A stretch of 32,000 nucleotides of DNA from contig CAZECW010000140.1 of NCBI GenBank assembly GCA_964510585.1, positions 7,814 through 39,813 of the forward strand, given 5' to 3'. The notes beneath the pieces are model-generated. The model made no database searches. It was not told the origin of the DNA and was given only the letters and a program-made list of their open reading frames with translations. This document shows positions 18,971 through 26,924 of the stretch, one piece after another; positions within the stretch are counted from its first letter, which is position 1; each line of letters begins with the position of its first letter. Both the position numbers and the translations under genes were made by a program. The DNA is from an uncultured archaeon. Its GTDB lineage: Archaea; Asgardarchaeota; Jordiarchaeia; Jordiarchaeales; Jordiarchaeaceae.

Positions 18971-19288
18971 GTGAAAACAATGGAATACGTATATGCTTCG
19001 ATGCTTCTCCATAAGGCAGGGAAAAAAATAACTGAAGAAAGCATTGCTAAGATTCTTGAAGCAGCAGGAGTAAAAGTTGATATGGCTAGGGTCAAGTCTA
19101 TAGTCGCCGCTCTTGAGGAAGTGGACATTGAAGAAGCAATTAAGACTGCAGCTCCCATAACAGCGGTAGCAGTACCCACAGCACCAGAAACCAAAGAAGC
19201 AAAACCAGCCAAAGAAGAGAAGAAGAAAGAAGAGAAAAAGAAAGAAGAAGAGGAAGAGGTAGCGGGTCTCGGAGCACTCTTCGGTTAG
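18971..19288 (+). CDS. rpl12: 50S ribosomal protein L12 (P1)
   Basis: [30 protein letters not shown]... acidic tail ending GLGALFG. Likely ATG at 18980. Confidence 0.95.
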   Translation: MKTMEYVYASMLLHKAGKKITEESIAKILEAAGVKVDMARVKSIVAALEEVDIEEAIKTAAPITAVAVPTAPETKEAKPAKEEKKKEEKKKEEEEEVAGLGALFG

Positions 19289-19399
19289 AGAAAAATGAAA
19301 ATTGGAAAATATGACTAGACAATCATGCTGTCTTGTGTTCCACTAAATGCTCCTAAATAAAGTAGATAAGCGTAGATGCTGAGGGTGAGGTAGACCCAT

Positions 19400-22135
19400 T
19401 CACTTTTTATTTTGCTTTATTAGGCTCTCTATCTTGCTTAGCATTTCTTGAATTTTCTCTGTTTTTGGTCCGCCTCCCCTAGCTAGTCTACCTTTTCCGC
19501 CTCCACTTCCTCCCACAACTTTTGAAGCTTCTTTAATGATTTCGCTGATGTTAAGATTAACAGATTTTCCCATCATACCTATGACGTCGACTTTATCGTC
19601 TGATTTTGCCAGTACCACCACGGCGTTTGGCTTCTCTTCTGTTATTTTACTTGCGACCTTTATTGCCTCATCTATGCTTAACTTTGTTTTTTCTATAATG
19701 AATTCGTATTCTTCAAATTTCTTCATTTTGTTCATAATTTCCCTGGCTTCGATTTCTGCTATCTCGCTATGCAGCCTTTCGATTTCCTTGCCTCTCTGTT
19801 TCCATTCTTCAAAAAATCTTTCTGCAGCTTTTGGCAATTGAGTTTTGGGGACGCGAAATATGCTTGCTGTTTTTTCCAAAAGGCTGTCCGTTTCTTGGGA
19901 GTAATCAATTGCTGGCGTACCCGCACTAAACTCTAGCCTGACTACGCCATCCTGTATTCTTTCTGCCCCTTTTATCTTGATTAGGCCTATTTCCCCTGTA
20001 TTTTTAAGGTGAACACCCCCACATGCCTCAGTGTCCCAGTTTTCTATATCGATAATTCTTATTATACCTCCTGGCACAACACCTCCCTGATATATTTGAA
20101 AGCCGTATTTTTTTTCAGCTTCGTCTCTACGCATCCATTTTGCTGTAACTGGTCTACATTCCATAACTACTTCATTTGCAATTCTTTCTATTTTTCTAAT
20201 CTCTTCTGTGTTTAGTGCCTTATAGTGGGTAATGTCTAATCTTGCTCCTTCGGGAGTTTTTTCCGCTCCCGCTTGCCAAATATGTGGACCGAGAACCTTC
20301 TTAGCGGCGCCATTTACTATGTGTGTAGCGGTATGGTGCCTCATAAGGGCGATTCTTCTATTCCAATCTATTTCTCCTTTAACCTGTTGTGATGGTTTTA
20401 ACCCAACTGGTCTATCTAGTCTGTGTACTACCACGTTACCCAATTTTTCAACATTAATAACTTTGTACCCGTCCAATTTTCCTGTATCGTGAACCGCTCC
20501 GCCACCTGTAGGGTAGAATAGAGTTTGGTCTAATATTATACTAGAGTCTAGAACCTTCAAGATTTTAGCTTCAAACTTCGTCTGGTAGGGCTGCTCATAG
20601 TAGAGAGTTCTAGTTGGAGGCAAATCCTTAAACGCGTCCATTAGAGTATCCTTAGTGCTAGTAAGGGTAACTTTTTCCTTTTTGCTACCTAATTGCACAT
20701 AGAAGTTTCCTGGGATTTCCAGTTTTATATCGAAATTTTCTGCGATTTCTTGCACCATTTCAGGAGAGATTCCTTTCGATTCATAGAGCTCGATTAAAGT
20801 ATCTAAATCCAGTTTCTTTTGTCTTTTGAGGAGCCCCTCCACATGCTTTTTGCCCTTCTCCAGTGTTTGATAATATCTTTCACGTTCAATATTAAAGATG
20901 TCATTAATAATGTTCGAAGCTGCTTCCACGCGTCTATATGTTTTTTTCAAATATTCAATATGCTTATGGAAGAGCTCTAAGAAGTCTAGTTCAAAGCTGT
21001 ATAGGTCGTTTAGGCTTAAAGCCCGTCTTAGGATAATACGTAAATTGTAGCCGCCCCCAATGTTTGAGGGAATCCCTCCATCTGCGATTGCAAAAACAAG
21101 TGTTCGAGTATGATCAGAAATAGCGTACAATGCTTCTAGAGGACCTAAAGATTTGTGCAAATCTTCTTGTTCAATGCCTAGTTTTGCGGCTACATCTCTC
21201 CTAGCCTTATCAATATTGTCTACTTCGTCCACGTTAAGAAGACCAGATAGAACAGTGTAACGTCCTAAGAGTTCTTCGTCCACGGACACCCCTGTACTCT
21301 CCTTTAGCCAATCCAACACAGGTCCGAAAGTTGCCTCATATATGGTTGGTGAACCTTGAGTAAACCAACCTATACGCTCAACTCCCCAGCCTACGTCGAT
21401 TACCTTGATGTCCAATTCTCGGTAAGTACCGTTTGAAGTAAACGCATATTGCATAAATACGTTATTAACTATCTCCAAACCTCTACCAAAAGCCTCAAGG
21501 CAGGGGCCGAAATTACCACCTCCAGCCCATACATCCTCTTTATAACTCACCTCATCTCGATTCAGTTTAAGGCATTTCGTGAGAAACTCAAAATTGAGTT
21601 CAATGCAACGGTCCATCCAGTAACCCTTACCATCATAATTAAAAGCGTGCTGACCACCCATGACAAATAGGCTTAAATGCCTACCAGTCTTCCCAACATT
21701 ATCAATATCGTTGAATCCTTTGCCACCGAACCTTATACAGGGCTGAGGAACCACTAGAGGATTCGCTGGAGGCTCAACGATACCCTCAACCACATATGGT
21801 TGAAAATCAGTAATAGAAGCGATAGTGAATGGAATATCATCCCTCCACCTTGCAACCACGGGATACTCACTTATCCTCGTGTGCCCACGCTTCTCAAAGA
21901 AGTCACACCAATTCTTAACAGACTCATGAAAATCCCAGCCTCCACCTATTCTACGTCCGATAAACTTGTATCCCCCAACACACTTTGTATCTCCACAAAA
22001 TTCATTATCGCTGGTTGTCCAATACCATTCATTACAGGATCTACACTGCCTTCTCTCAAAACCTTCCCTTTTGAACAATTCTACTTCGTAGCTTTCTTTA
22101 CCAAACTTTTTCCTCAGCTCCTCTTTGAAAATCAT
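19400..22135 (-). CDS. alaS: alanyl-tRNA synthetase
   Basis: RISEYPVVARWRDDIPFTIASI, RHHTATHIVNGAAKKVLG, editing-domain CxxxH (ACGGVHL), C-terminal GGSGGGKGRLARGG. Start trimmed to the Met of MIFKEELRKKF. Confidence 0.96.
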   Translation of the reverse strand: MIFKEELRKKFGKESYEVELFKREGFERRQCRSCNEWYWTTSDNEFCGDTKCVGGYKFIGRRIGGGWDFHESVKNWCDFFEKRGHTRISEYPVVARWRDDIPFTIASITDFQPYVVEGIVEPPANPLVVPQPCIRFGGKGFNDIDNVGKTGRHLSLFVMGGQHAFNYDGKGYWMDRCIELNFEFLTKCLKLNRDEVSYKEDVWAGGGNFGPCLEAFGRGLEIVNNVFMQYAFTSNGTYRELDIKVIDVGWGVERIGWFTQGSPTIYEATFGPVLDWLKESTGVSVDEELLGRYTVLSGLLNVDEVDNIDKARRDVAAKLGIEQEDLHKSLGPLEALYAISDHTRTLVFAIADGGIPSNIGGGYNLRIILRRALSLNDLYSFELDFLELFHKHIEYLKKTYRRVEAASNIINDIFNIERERYYQTLEKGKKHVEGLLKRQKKLDLDTLIELYESKGISPEMVQEIAENFDIKLEIPGNFYVQLGSKKEKVTLTSTKDTLMDAFKDLPPTRTLYYEQPYQTKFEAKILKVLDSSIILDQTLFYPTGGGAVHDTGKLDGYKVINVEKLGNVVVHRLDRPVGLKPSQQVKGEIDWNRRIALMRHHTATHIVNGAAKKVLGPHIWQAGAEKTPEGARLDITHYKALNTEEIRKIERIANEVVMECRPVTAKWMRRDEAEKKYGFQIYQGGVVPGGIIRIIDIENWDTEACGGVHLKNTGEIGLIKIKGAERIQDGVVRLEFSAGTPAIDYSQETDSLLEKTASIFRVPKTQLPKAAERFFEEWKQRGKEIERLHSEIAEIEAREIMNKMKKFEEYEFIIEKTKLSIDEAIKVASKITEEKPNAVVVLAKSDDKVDVIGMMGKSVNLNISEIIKEASKVVGGSGGGKGRLARGGGPKTEKIQEMLSKIESLIKQNKK

Positions 22136-22303
22136 TATTCTCAAACCTTCCTTGAACAACAATAATGTACCTAAAACATTGCGGGGTAATTCTAAAAACT
22201 TTATGCATAAAACACACAATTAATTAGAAACCACTAGTAAAATAAAAAGGTGCAAACAAAAATTTTTTCCAATAAACGGTCAAAAAATCGCAGAGGATCC
22301 ATC

Positions 22304-22966
22304 ATGTTTATTAACCATAAAATGCTAGAAGCAGCAGAAGACATGCGATACCTCTTAAACAGAAATTATAACAGAGACCGAGCATTAAACTTTGTAGGGG
22401 ATCACTATAAACTAAAAAAAGAGGAACGCTTCATTTTATACAGAGCAGTATACAGCCAAAAAGAAGTTGAAGAAAGAAAAGAGAAAACCGTAAACTTCAA
22501 AGACCTCAAAGACAAAATACTAACCATAGACGCATACAATGTAATCATAGTCCTCGAAACAATGCTAGAAGAAAAAAACTTAATTGACGCTGACGACTCA
22601 TTTGTGAGAGATATCGCAGGAGTGTTTGGCAAACATAAAATATCAAAAAACACACACCAAGCAATCGACCTAATAATGCAAACACTCAAACAAAACCCCC
22701 CAAAAGAAACACTTGTATTCTTTGACAGCCCAGTAAGCAGGAGCGGAGAACTGGCAGCATTCACGAGAAAAAAAATGGAAGAGCATGGCATAAAAGGCAC
22801 TGCACAAGTAGCAAAACAGGCAGATAATGCAGTCATAAAGAGGGGACAAGTGGTGGCCACCAGCGACACAGTCGTACTACAAAAAGCCAAAAAGGCCTTC
22901 GACCTAGCGGGATACATTGTCAGAACAAGAAAATACAAATATCTATACTCCCTAAAGAAAGAGTAG
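22304..22966 (+). CDS. conserved archaeal hypothetical protein (DUF434-like)
   Basis: FINHKMLEAAEDMRYLLNRNYNRDRALNFVGDHYKLKKEERFILYRAVY; C-terminal Asp-rich (LTIDAYNVIIVLE, VFFDSPVSRSG, VATSDTVVLQKAKKAFDLAGYIV). Family call from memory. Confidence 0.65.
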   Translation: MFINHKMLEAAEDMRYLLNRNYNRDRALNFVGDHYKLKKEERFILYRAVYSQKEVEERKEKTVNFKDLKDKILTIDAYNVIIVLETMLEEKNLIDADDSFVRDIAGVFGKHKISKNTHQAIDLIMQTLKQNPPKETLVFFDSPVSRSGELAAFTRKKMEEHGIKGTAQVAKQADNAVIKRGQVVATSDTVVLQKAKKAFDLAGYIVRTRKYKYLYSLKKE

Positions 22967-23032
22967 AAAAATATTTTAAACCCGGTAAGCCTAATAAACC
23001 AGATATTCATAAACCCATCAAAAATTAGGTTT

Positions 23033-23153
23033 GGGCACGTCGCCTAGCCAGGATTTCAGAAACCTGAAAGGGCGCCGACAGTTAGGCGTACGCCCTCTAA
23101 AATCCTGGAGGATAGCCGGTTTCATCAGGGGTTCAAGTCCCCTCGTGCCCGCC
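23033..23153 (+). tRNA. tRNA-Arg(UCU), three 14-nt introns (23055-23068 D-loop; 23078-23091 at 29/30; 23100-23113 at 37/38)
   Basis: Acceptor GGGCACG/CGTGCCC, G73; T-arm AGGGG-TTCAAGT-CCCCT. Spliced D-arm GCCT-AGCCAGGATA-GGGC and anticodon arm CCGGC-CCTCTAA-GCCGG. Central helices CAGG/CCTG, GCGC/GCGT, CCTC/GAGG. C33 and a 7-nt variable region are atypical. Confidence 0.75.
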
Positions 23154-23207
23154 TATACTTTTATACATGTGGTTTATTTTTTAAATTATTGTTTAAAATT
23201 TTTGTTG

Positions 23208-24194
23208 TCATCTTTTAAAGTGTTCGTACCCCTTTGGATATATTCTTCTTTCAGTTTGGTTAGGTAGACGTAGCACCATATTTTTTTCTTCAGTTACAAT
23301 TCCTATGGGGTACAAGTTGCCTCCAACGATCTTTACTGCATCTACGGCTTTGTTCCATTTCACGGAAGGAACTGTGACTACAAGTTCGAATTCTTCGCCA
23401 CCATACAGTGCAAGATCAAAGTAGTTTAGTCCGTGTTCATTTGCAAACATTTGCACCTCTTTTGGGACGGGTATTGAATCAATAATAAATCCCACGCCGC
23501 TCATCTGTGAGATCTCGTAAAGCGACCAAGCTAGACCGTCGCTACTATCAATGCTGGAGGACGCGAGACCCCGCTCAGATAGAACTATCCCTTCTTTCAA
23601 ACGGGCATGAGGTTCATAAATGGCGCGTAAACCCAACTCTTTAGTCCTCGAGTCAGCGCTCAATTTTTCGAATAGTATCTTGAAGCCCATGGCGGTTAAG
23701 CCGAAATGTCCAGTAACAGCTACTATGTCTCCAGGATGCGCCCCCCTGCGTGAAACGATTTTATTTCTTTCAACTATCCCAAAAACGGCTCCCGAAACCA
23801 CAAGATCGGAACACTCATTGGTATCACCCCCCAAGTAATAAAATCCATACTCCCTGCAACCCGCATTTAGTCCCTTAACCAAATCTGCAGCTTCATCCCG
23901 AGTTGTCCCCCTCGGAAAACCCAGGGAGAAAACGCCACCCATTGGTTTGGCGCCCTTAGCAACAACATCGCTCACATTCATAACAGCTGCTTTTCGCCCC
24001 ACCTGCCAATATGTCATACCAGGAGGAACATCTGTTTTACCCACAAGCATATCTGTGTTAACTATCAGAACATCGTTTCCGAAAGGAATCCCCACAGCGT
24101 CATCACCATAAGGCAAAACCGCACGCGGAAAGCTATCGATTAAGGTGTGAAATAATTCAATTAATCCACGCTCACCCACATCTTCCACAGTCAT
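23208..24194 (-). CDS. thiL: thiamine-monophosphate kinase
   Basis: PYGDDAVGI, NTDMLVGKTDVP, GRKAAVMNVSDVVAKGAKP, LGGDTNE, SSIDSSDGLAWSLYEI. Start trimmed from the track (24347) because that extension runs through tRNA-Thr. Confidence 0.92.
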   Translation of the reverse strand: MTVEDVGERGLIELFHTLIDSFPRAVLPYGDDAVGIPFGNDVLIVNTDMLVGKTDVPPGMTYWQVGRKAAVMNVSDVVAKGAKPMGGVFSLGFPRGTTRDEAADLVKGLNAGCREYGFYYLGGDTNECSDLVVSGAVFGIVERNKIVSRRGAHPGDIVAVTGHFGLTAMGFKILFEKLSADSRTKELGLRAIYEPHARLKEGIVLSERGLASSSIDSSDGLAWSLYEISQMSGVGFIIDSIPVPKEVQMFANEHGLNYFDLALYGGEEFELVVTVPSVKWNKAVDAVKIVGGNLYPIGIVTEEKNMVLRLPNQTERRIYPKGYEHFKR

Positions 24195-24227
24195 TAAGAA
24201 CCACCCAAAAAGCTGATAAAAAGGAAC

Positions 24228-24383
24228 TGGAGCCCCGGGCGAGGTTTTTGGAGCAGCAGAAATTGCAAGCTCTATCGAACTCGCGACCGTCAGCTTACTC
24301 AGACCACACTTTGAATGTGTGATTGTACGAGGCTGCTGCTCTGCCACTGAGCTGTCTCGCCTCTGTTTCAGAGGAACCGAGGC
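24228..24383 (-). tRNA. tRNA-Thr(CGU), three introns (24354-24375 at 8/9; 24296-24325 at 37/38; 24245-24273 at 59/60)
   Basis: Acceptor GCCTCGG/CCGGGGC (one G.U), T73, encoded CCA. D-arm GCTC-AGTGGCA-GAGC; loop CTCGTAA; T-arm GCGAG-TTCGATC-CTCGC. Central helices CTCG/CGAG, CTCG/TGAG, TTCG/CAAA (one mismatch). Spliced length 75 nt; 27-43 is a G-A mismatch. Confidence 0.85.
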
Positions 24384-24533
24384 TCACCGAAGGCTCCATC
24401 TTTTACTAAAGAGTTCAAAGCATTAATAATCTTTACTATGTGTGTCCAATGTGTCAATTTTTAATGTTAAAAAATCGAAGGATAACTAAGCGGGAAGCGG
24501 CATAAAAGATTCATTTAGTTGTTTTGGGAGTGA

Positions 24534-24678
24534 TGGTGCTCCGGCCGGGAGGCTCAAACTAAGTTTAAAGGTTAGCTTAGTTATTTGAACCCGGGTCAAA
24601 GGATCGATTGGGCAGATTTTCTTGAGCCCCTTATGCTTGGTCCATTTGGTTTGTTTGACCGGACTACACCACCGGAGC
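24534..24678 (-). tRNA. tRNA-Glu(CUC), three introns (24637-24654 D-loop; 24608-24623 at 34/35; 24551-24583 at T-loop 59/60)
   Basis: Acceptor GCTCCGG/CCGGAGC, A73, encoded CCA. Spliced T-arm CCGGG-TTCAAAT-CCCGG, anticodon loop CTCTCGA. Central helices GGTC/GACC, GGGC/GCCC, TTCA/TGAG. Spliced length 78 nt. Confidence 0.9.
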
Positions 24679-24715
24679 ACCCTTAAGGAATGTTTTTCAA
24701 ACCCATTTTTAAATT

Positions 24716-25195
24716 TTATTCAAAATTCCAAATATCGTCTCCAACGTGGTGCAGATTCTTTATAGCGGGTCCTTTGCTGGAACTTTTTATGGTTTGTGCA
24801 TCCATAAGTGCTAGCCCTACGGCTAATGGTTTATCATGTTTTTCATCTGTGACCACGACTAGGGAGAATTGCTTTATGTTGTCGTCGACTTTGACGATTC
24901 CTGGAACCATGACGTCGGCTCCTTTGGTGATGAAGCCAACAGCGCCCATATCTACGGTGACTTTTGGGAGTTTTATAGCTCCGTTCAATATGGCTTTAAG
25001 GGTGGGAAAAAGTAGGTCTACCATGCGAATAAGGAAGGGAGCCCCATCTACAAGATACAAATGAAGATCGTCTTTCAATACTCCGTACTCTACCTTTTCG
25101 GGAATGGAAAAGTTCTCTCCTAAACGCTCTCTTAGCTCCTTTTCCAATTTTTTAATTTCTTTATCGCGTAAGAAGTGACGATTCTTCAACTTCAA
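24716..25195 (-). CDS. PUA-domain RNA-binding protein (MCT-1-like)
   Basis: LLFPTLKAILNGAIKLPKVTVDMGAVGFITKGADVMVPGIVKVDDNIKQFSLVVVTDEKHDKPLAVGLALMDAQTI is a C-terminal PUA domain. Confidence 0.85.
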   Translation of the reverse strand: MKLKNRHFLRDKEIKKLEKELRERLGENFSIPEKVEYGVLKDDLHLYLVDGAPFLIRMVDLLFPTLKAILNGAIKLPKVTVDMGAVGFITKGADVMVPGIVKVDDNIKQFSLVVVTDEKHDKPLAVGLALMDAQTIKSSSKGPAIKNLHHVGDDIWNFE

Positions 25196-25537
25196 GAATA
25201 CCGCCTCAACATAGACACTAAAACCTTTTTCTCATCCTTATTACAAACTTTCTATTTCCACATGAAATTCTCTAAAATATTATGACTTACTTAAAATAAT
25301 AAGCTCTAAATATTTCAAAGTTGCGGAAAATGATATTAACCGCCCCAAAAACATATTACTATGGGTATTATATTAGTCCAAGTGTTTATAAAATTGGACT
25401 CAAAAAGAATATAATATCCGAACAACAAGATTAAAATATATTTGGATATGACGATTGTAATCCGATATACTTAAATATTAACCTAATTCCAACAGAAAAT
25501 ACACAACCATATTTTTTCTAAAGGAGAGAAAAGCGTA

Positions 25538-25783
25538 ATGAGCGAATCAGGTATAACAAAACCTCTTGACCTACTTAACAGATCACTCGAAGCTAGAGTA
25601 CTCGTTAAACTCAAAGGAGGACGAGAACTTAGAGGCAAACTCAAAGGATTCGACCTCCACATGAATCTCATACTAGATGAAGCAGAAGAAGTAATAGATA
25701 AAGACAACAATAAAAAGGTAGGAACCGTAATAGTGAGAGGAGACAATGTGATCCTCCTCAGTCCTGGAATAAAAACAGAATAA
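25538..25783 (+). CDS. archaeal Sm-like protein (LSm/SmAP)
   Basis: PLDLLNRSLEARVLVKLKGGRELRGKLKGFDLHMNLILDEAEEV...VIVRGDNVILL: Sm1 and Sm2 motifs. Confidence 0.95.
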   Translation: MSESGITKPLDLLNRSLEARVLVKLKGGRELRGKLKGFDLHMNLILDEAEEVIDKDNNKKVGTVIVRGDNVILLSPGIKTE

Positions 25784-25813
25784 AACATAAAATAATTCAT
25801 AATAGGGATTGCA

Positions 25814-25999
25814 ATGACTAAAGGAACACCAAGCAAAGGCAAAAGAGACACAAAAACGCATATAAGATGCCGAAGATGTGGAAAACACTCATACCACGCC
25901 ACAAAAAAGTACTGTGCAGCTTGTGGCTATGGAAGATCCAAAAGATTTAGAAGATACAGCTGGCAAAACAAAAAAATCAGAGGAAATAGACTAAAATAA
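25814..25999 (+). CDS. 50S ribosomal protein L37e
   Basis: [50 protein letters not shown]. Confidence 0.96.
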   Translation: MTKGTPSKGKRDTKTHIRCRRCGKHSYHATKKYCAACGYGRSKRFRRYSWQNKKIRGNRLK

Positions 26000-26057
26000 A
26001 GATAAAAAGTGTTTCTAATGGCAGAAAATAGGAGCGCCAATTAAAAAATTAGAGGGT

Positions 26058-26182
26058 GGGCCCATAGCTCAGCCTGGTATGAGCGCCGCGTTACTCATAC
26101 CCTACTAACAAGGGCATGAGGGCGAAGGCAAGCTATCCCAAAATCGCGGAGGCCGCGAGTTCAAATCTCGCTGGGTCCACCA
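26058..26182 (+). tRNA. tRNA-Ala(GGC), two introns (26093-26126 at 33/34; 26131-26143 at 37/38)
   Basis: Acceptor GGGCCCA/TGGGTCC with G3.U70 (Ala identity), A73, encoded CCA. Spliced anticodon arm CCGCG-TTGGCAT-CGCGG. Second intron has canonical helix TTGG/CCAA; first is relaxed (CGCG/GGCG, one mismatch). Spliced length 78 nt. Confidence 0.9.
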
Positions 26183-26627
26183 ATAATAATTAGTTTACCT
26201 GCCTTGGTGATGGGATAAGGAAGCTTAATATCAGAGAAGAATATTGGTTTTTATTGGTGTTATTATCTCAATATTTTATGTATTACCTAGTTCCTAGGTT
26301 TCTTGGTTATTCTTCACTATACGAACGAATAGGGAAGAGAGACTGGAGACTAAAATCTCAATTATCATTCACCCTAAAAATTTAAATCAACATTAAAAGC
26401 CTTATGAATAAAGAGGTCGCGATACAGATTTTTCAACTAGATAAAGATAAGAATACTGTCTTCTCCCTTATGCAGATTTGAGGACATATTTTGTAAGATT
26501 TACAATTTAAGCTCACTAATTTATCTTGGGATTCTTTTCAAATTGCAGACATATCTATGTAAAATGCAGAAGAGATGTCAGCCCGAGTAGAATGCTGGGC
26601 TTGTGTAGGTTTGATTTAAAAGAGAGG

Positions 26628-26728
26628 TGGTGGACACTGCGAGATTTGAACTCGCGGCCTCCTGGATGCGAACCAGGCGCTCTTGGATACCGCTTGTTTG
26701 GCGGAATCTTCCACTGAGCTAAGTGCCC
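26628..26728 (-). tRNA. tRNA-Ala(CGC) with a D-arm intron (26682-26707)
   Basis: Acceptor GGGCACT/AGTGTCC with G3.U70, A73, encoded CCA. Anticodon arm CCTGG-TTCGCAT-CCAGG. D-arm restored to GCTC-AGTGGAA-GAGC after removing 26 nt flanked by TGGA/TCCA with AGA bulges. Confidence 0.93.
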
Positions 26729-26924
26729 TTTTTTTGTTATCTTTTTTCTTCTGCAGGAGTTTTTTAGATTTTTGGATATTTTAGCTTTTCTAGTTCAAAT
26801 AGTTCATCCCTAAACTATTTAAAGCATTTTTGCATATGAGTTGAGGGAACAACAGGTTTTTGGTTGTGAAAACCTGTGATATCTTAATAGATTCGGTTTT
26901 ACAGTTTTGTAGAAGGGCTTTGAA

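Noticed and set aside
19536-19841. Antisense ORFs over alaS, thiL, aIF6, spt5, argF, valS-like and other genes
   Set aside because: Shadow ORFs opposite well-supported conserved genes; their translations lack domain signatures.
24195-24347. N-terminal extension of the ThiL ORF in the supplied track
   Set aside because: It reads through tRNA-Thr exon sequence (HSKCGLSKLTVASSIELAISAAPKTSPG); the family normally begins near VEDVGER, so I trimmed the start to 24194.
24486-24680. 64-aa minus-strand ORF
   Set aside because: Lies almost entirely over the tRNA-Glu gene, which explains the sequence.
26086-26149. Reading Ala(GGC) as a single-intron tRNA, or as tRNA-Met because of CTCAT in the region
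   Set aside because: No single excision gives a valid archaeal anticodon loop; CTCAT pairs with ATGAG inside the first intron, and G3.U70 indicates Ala.
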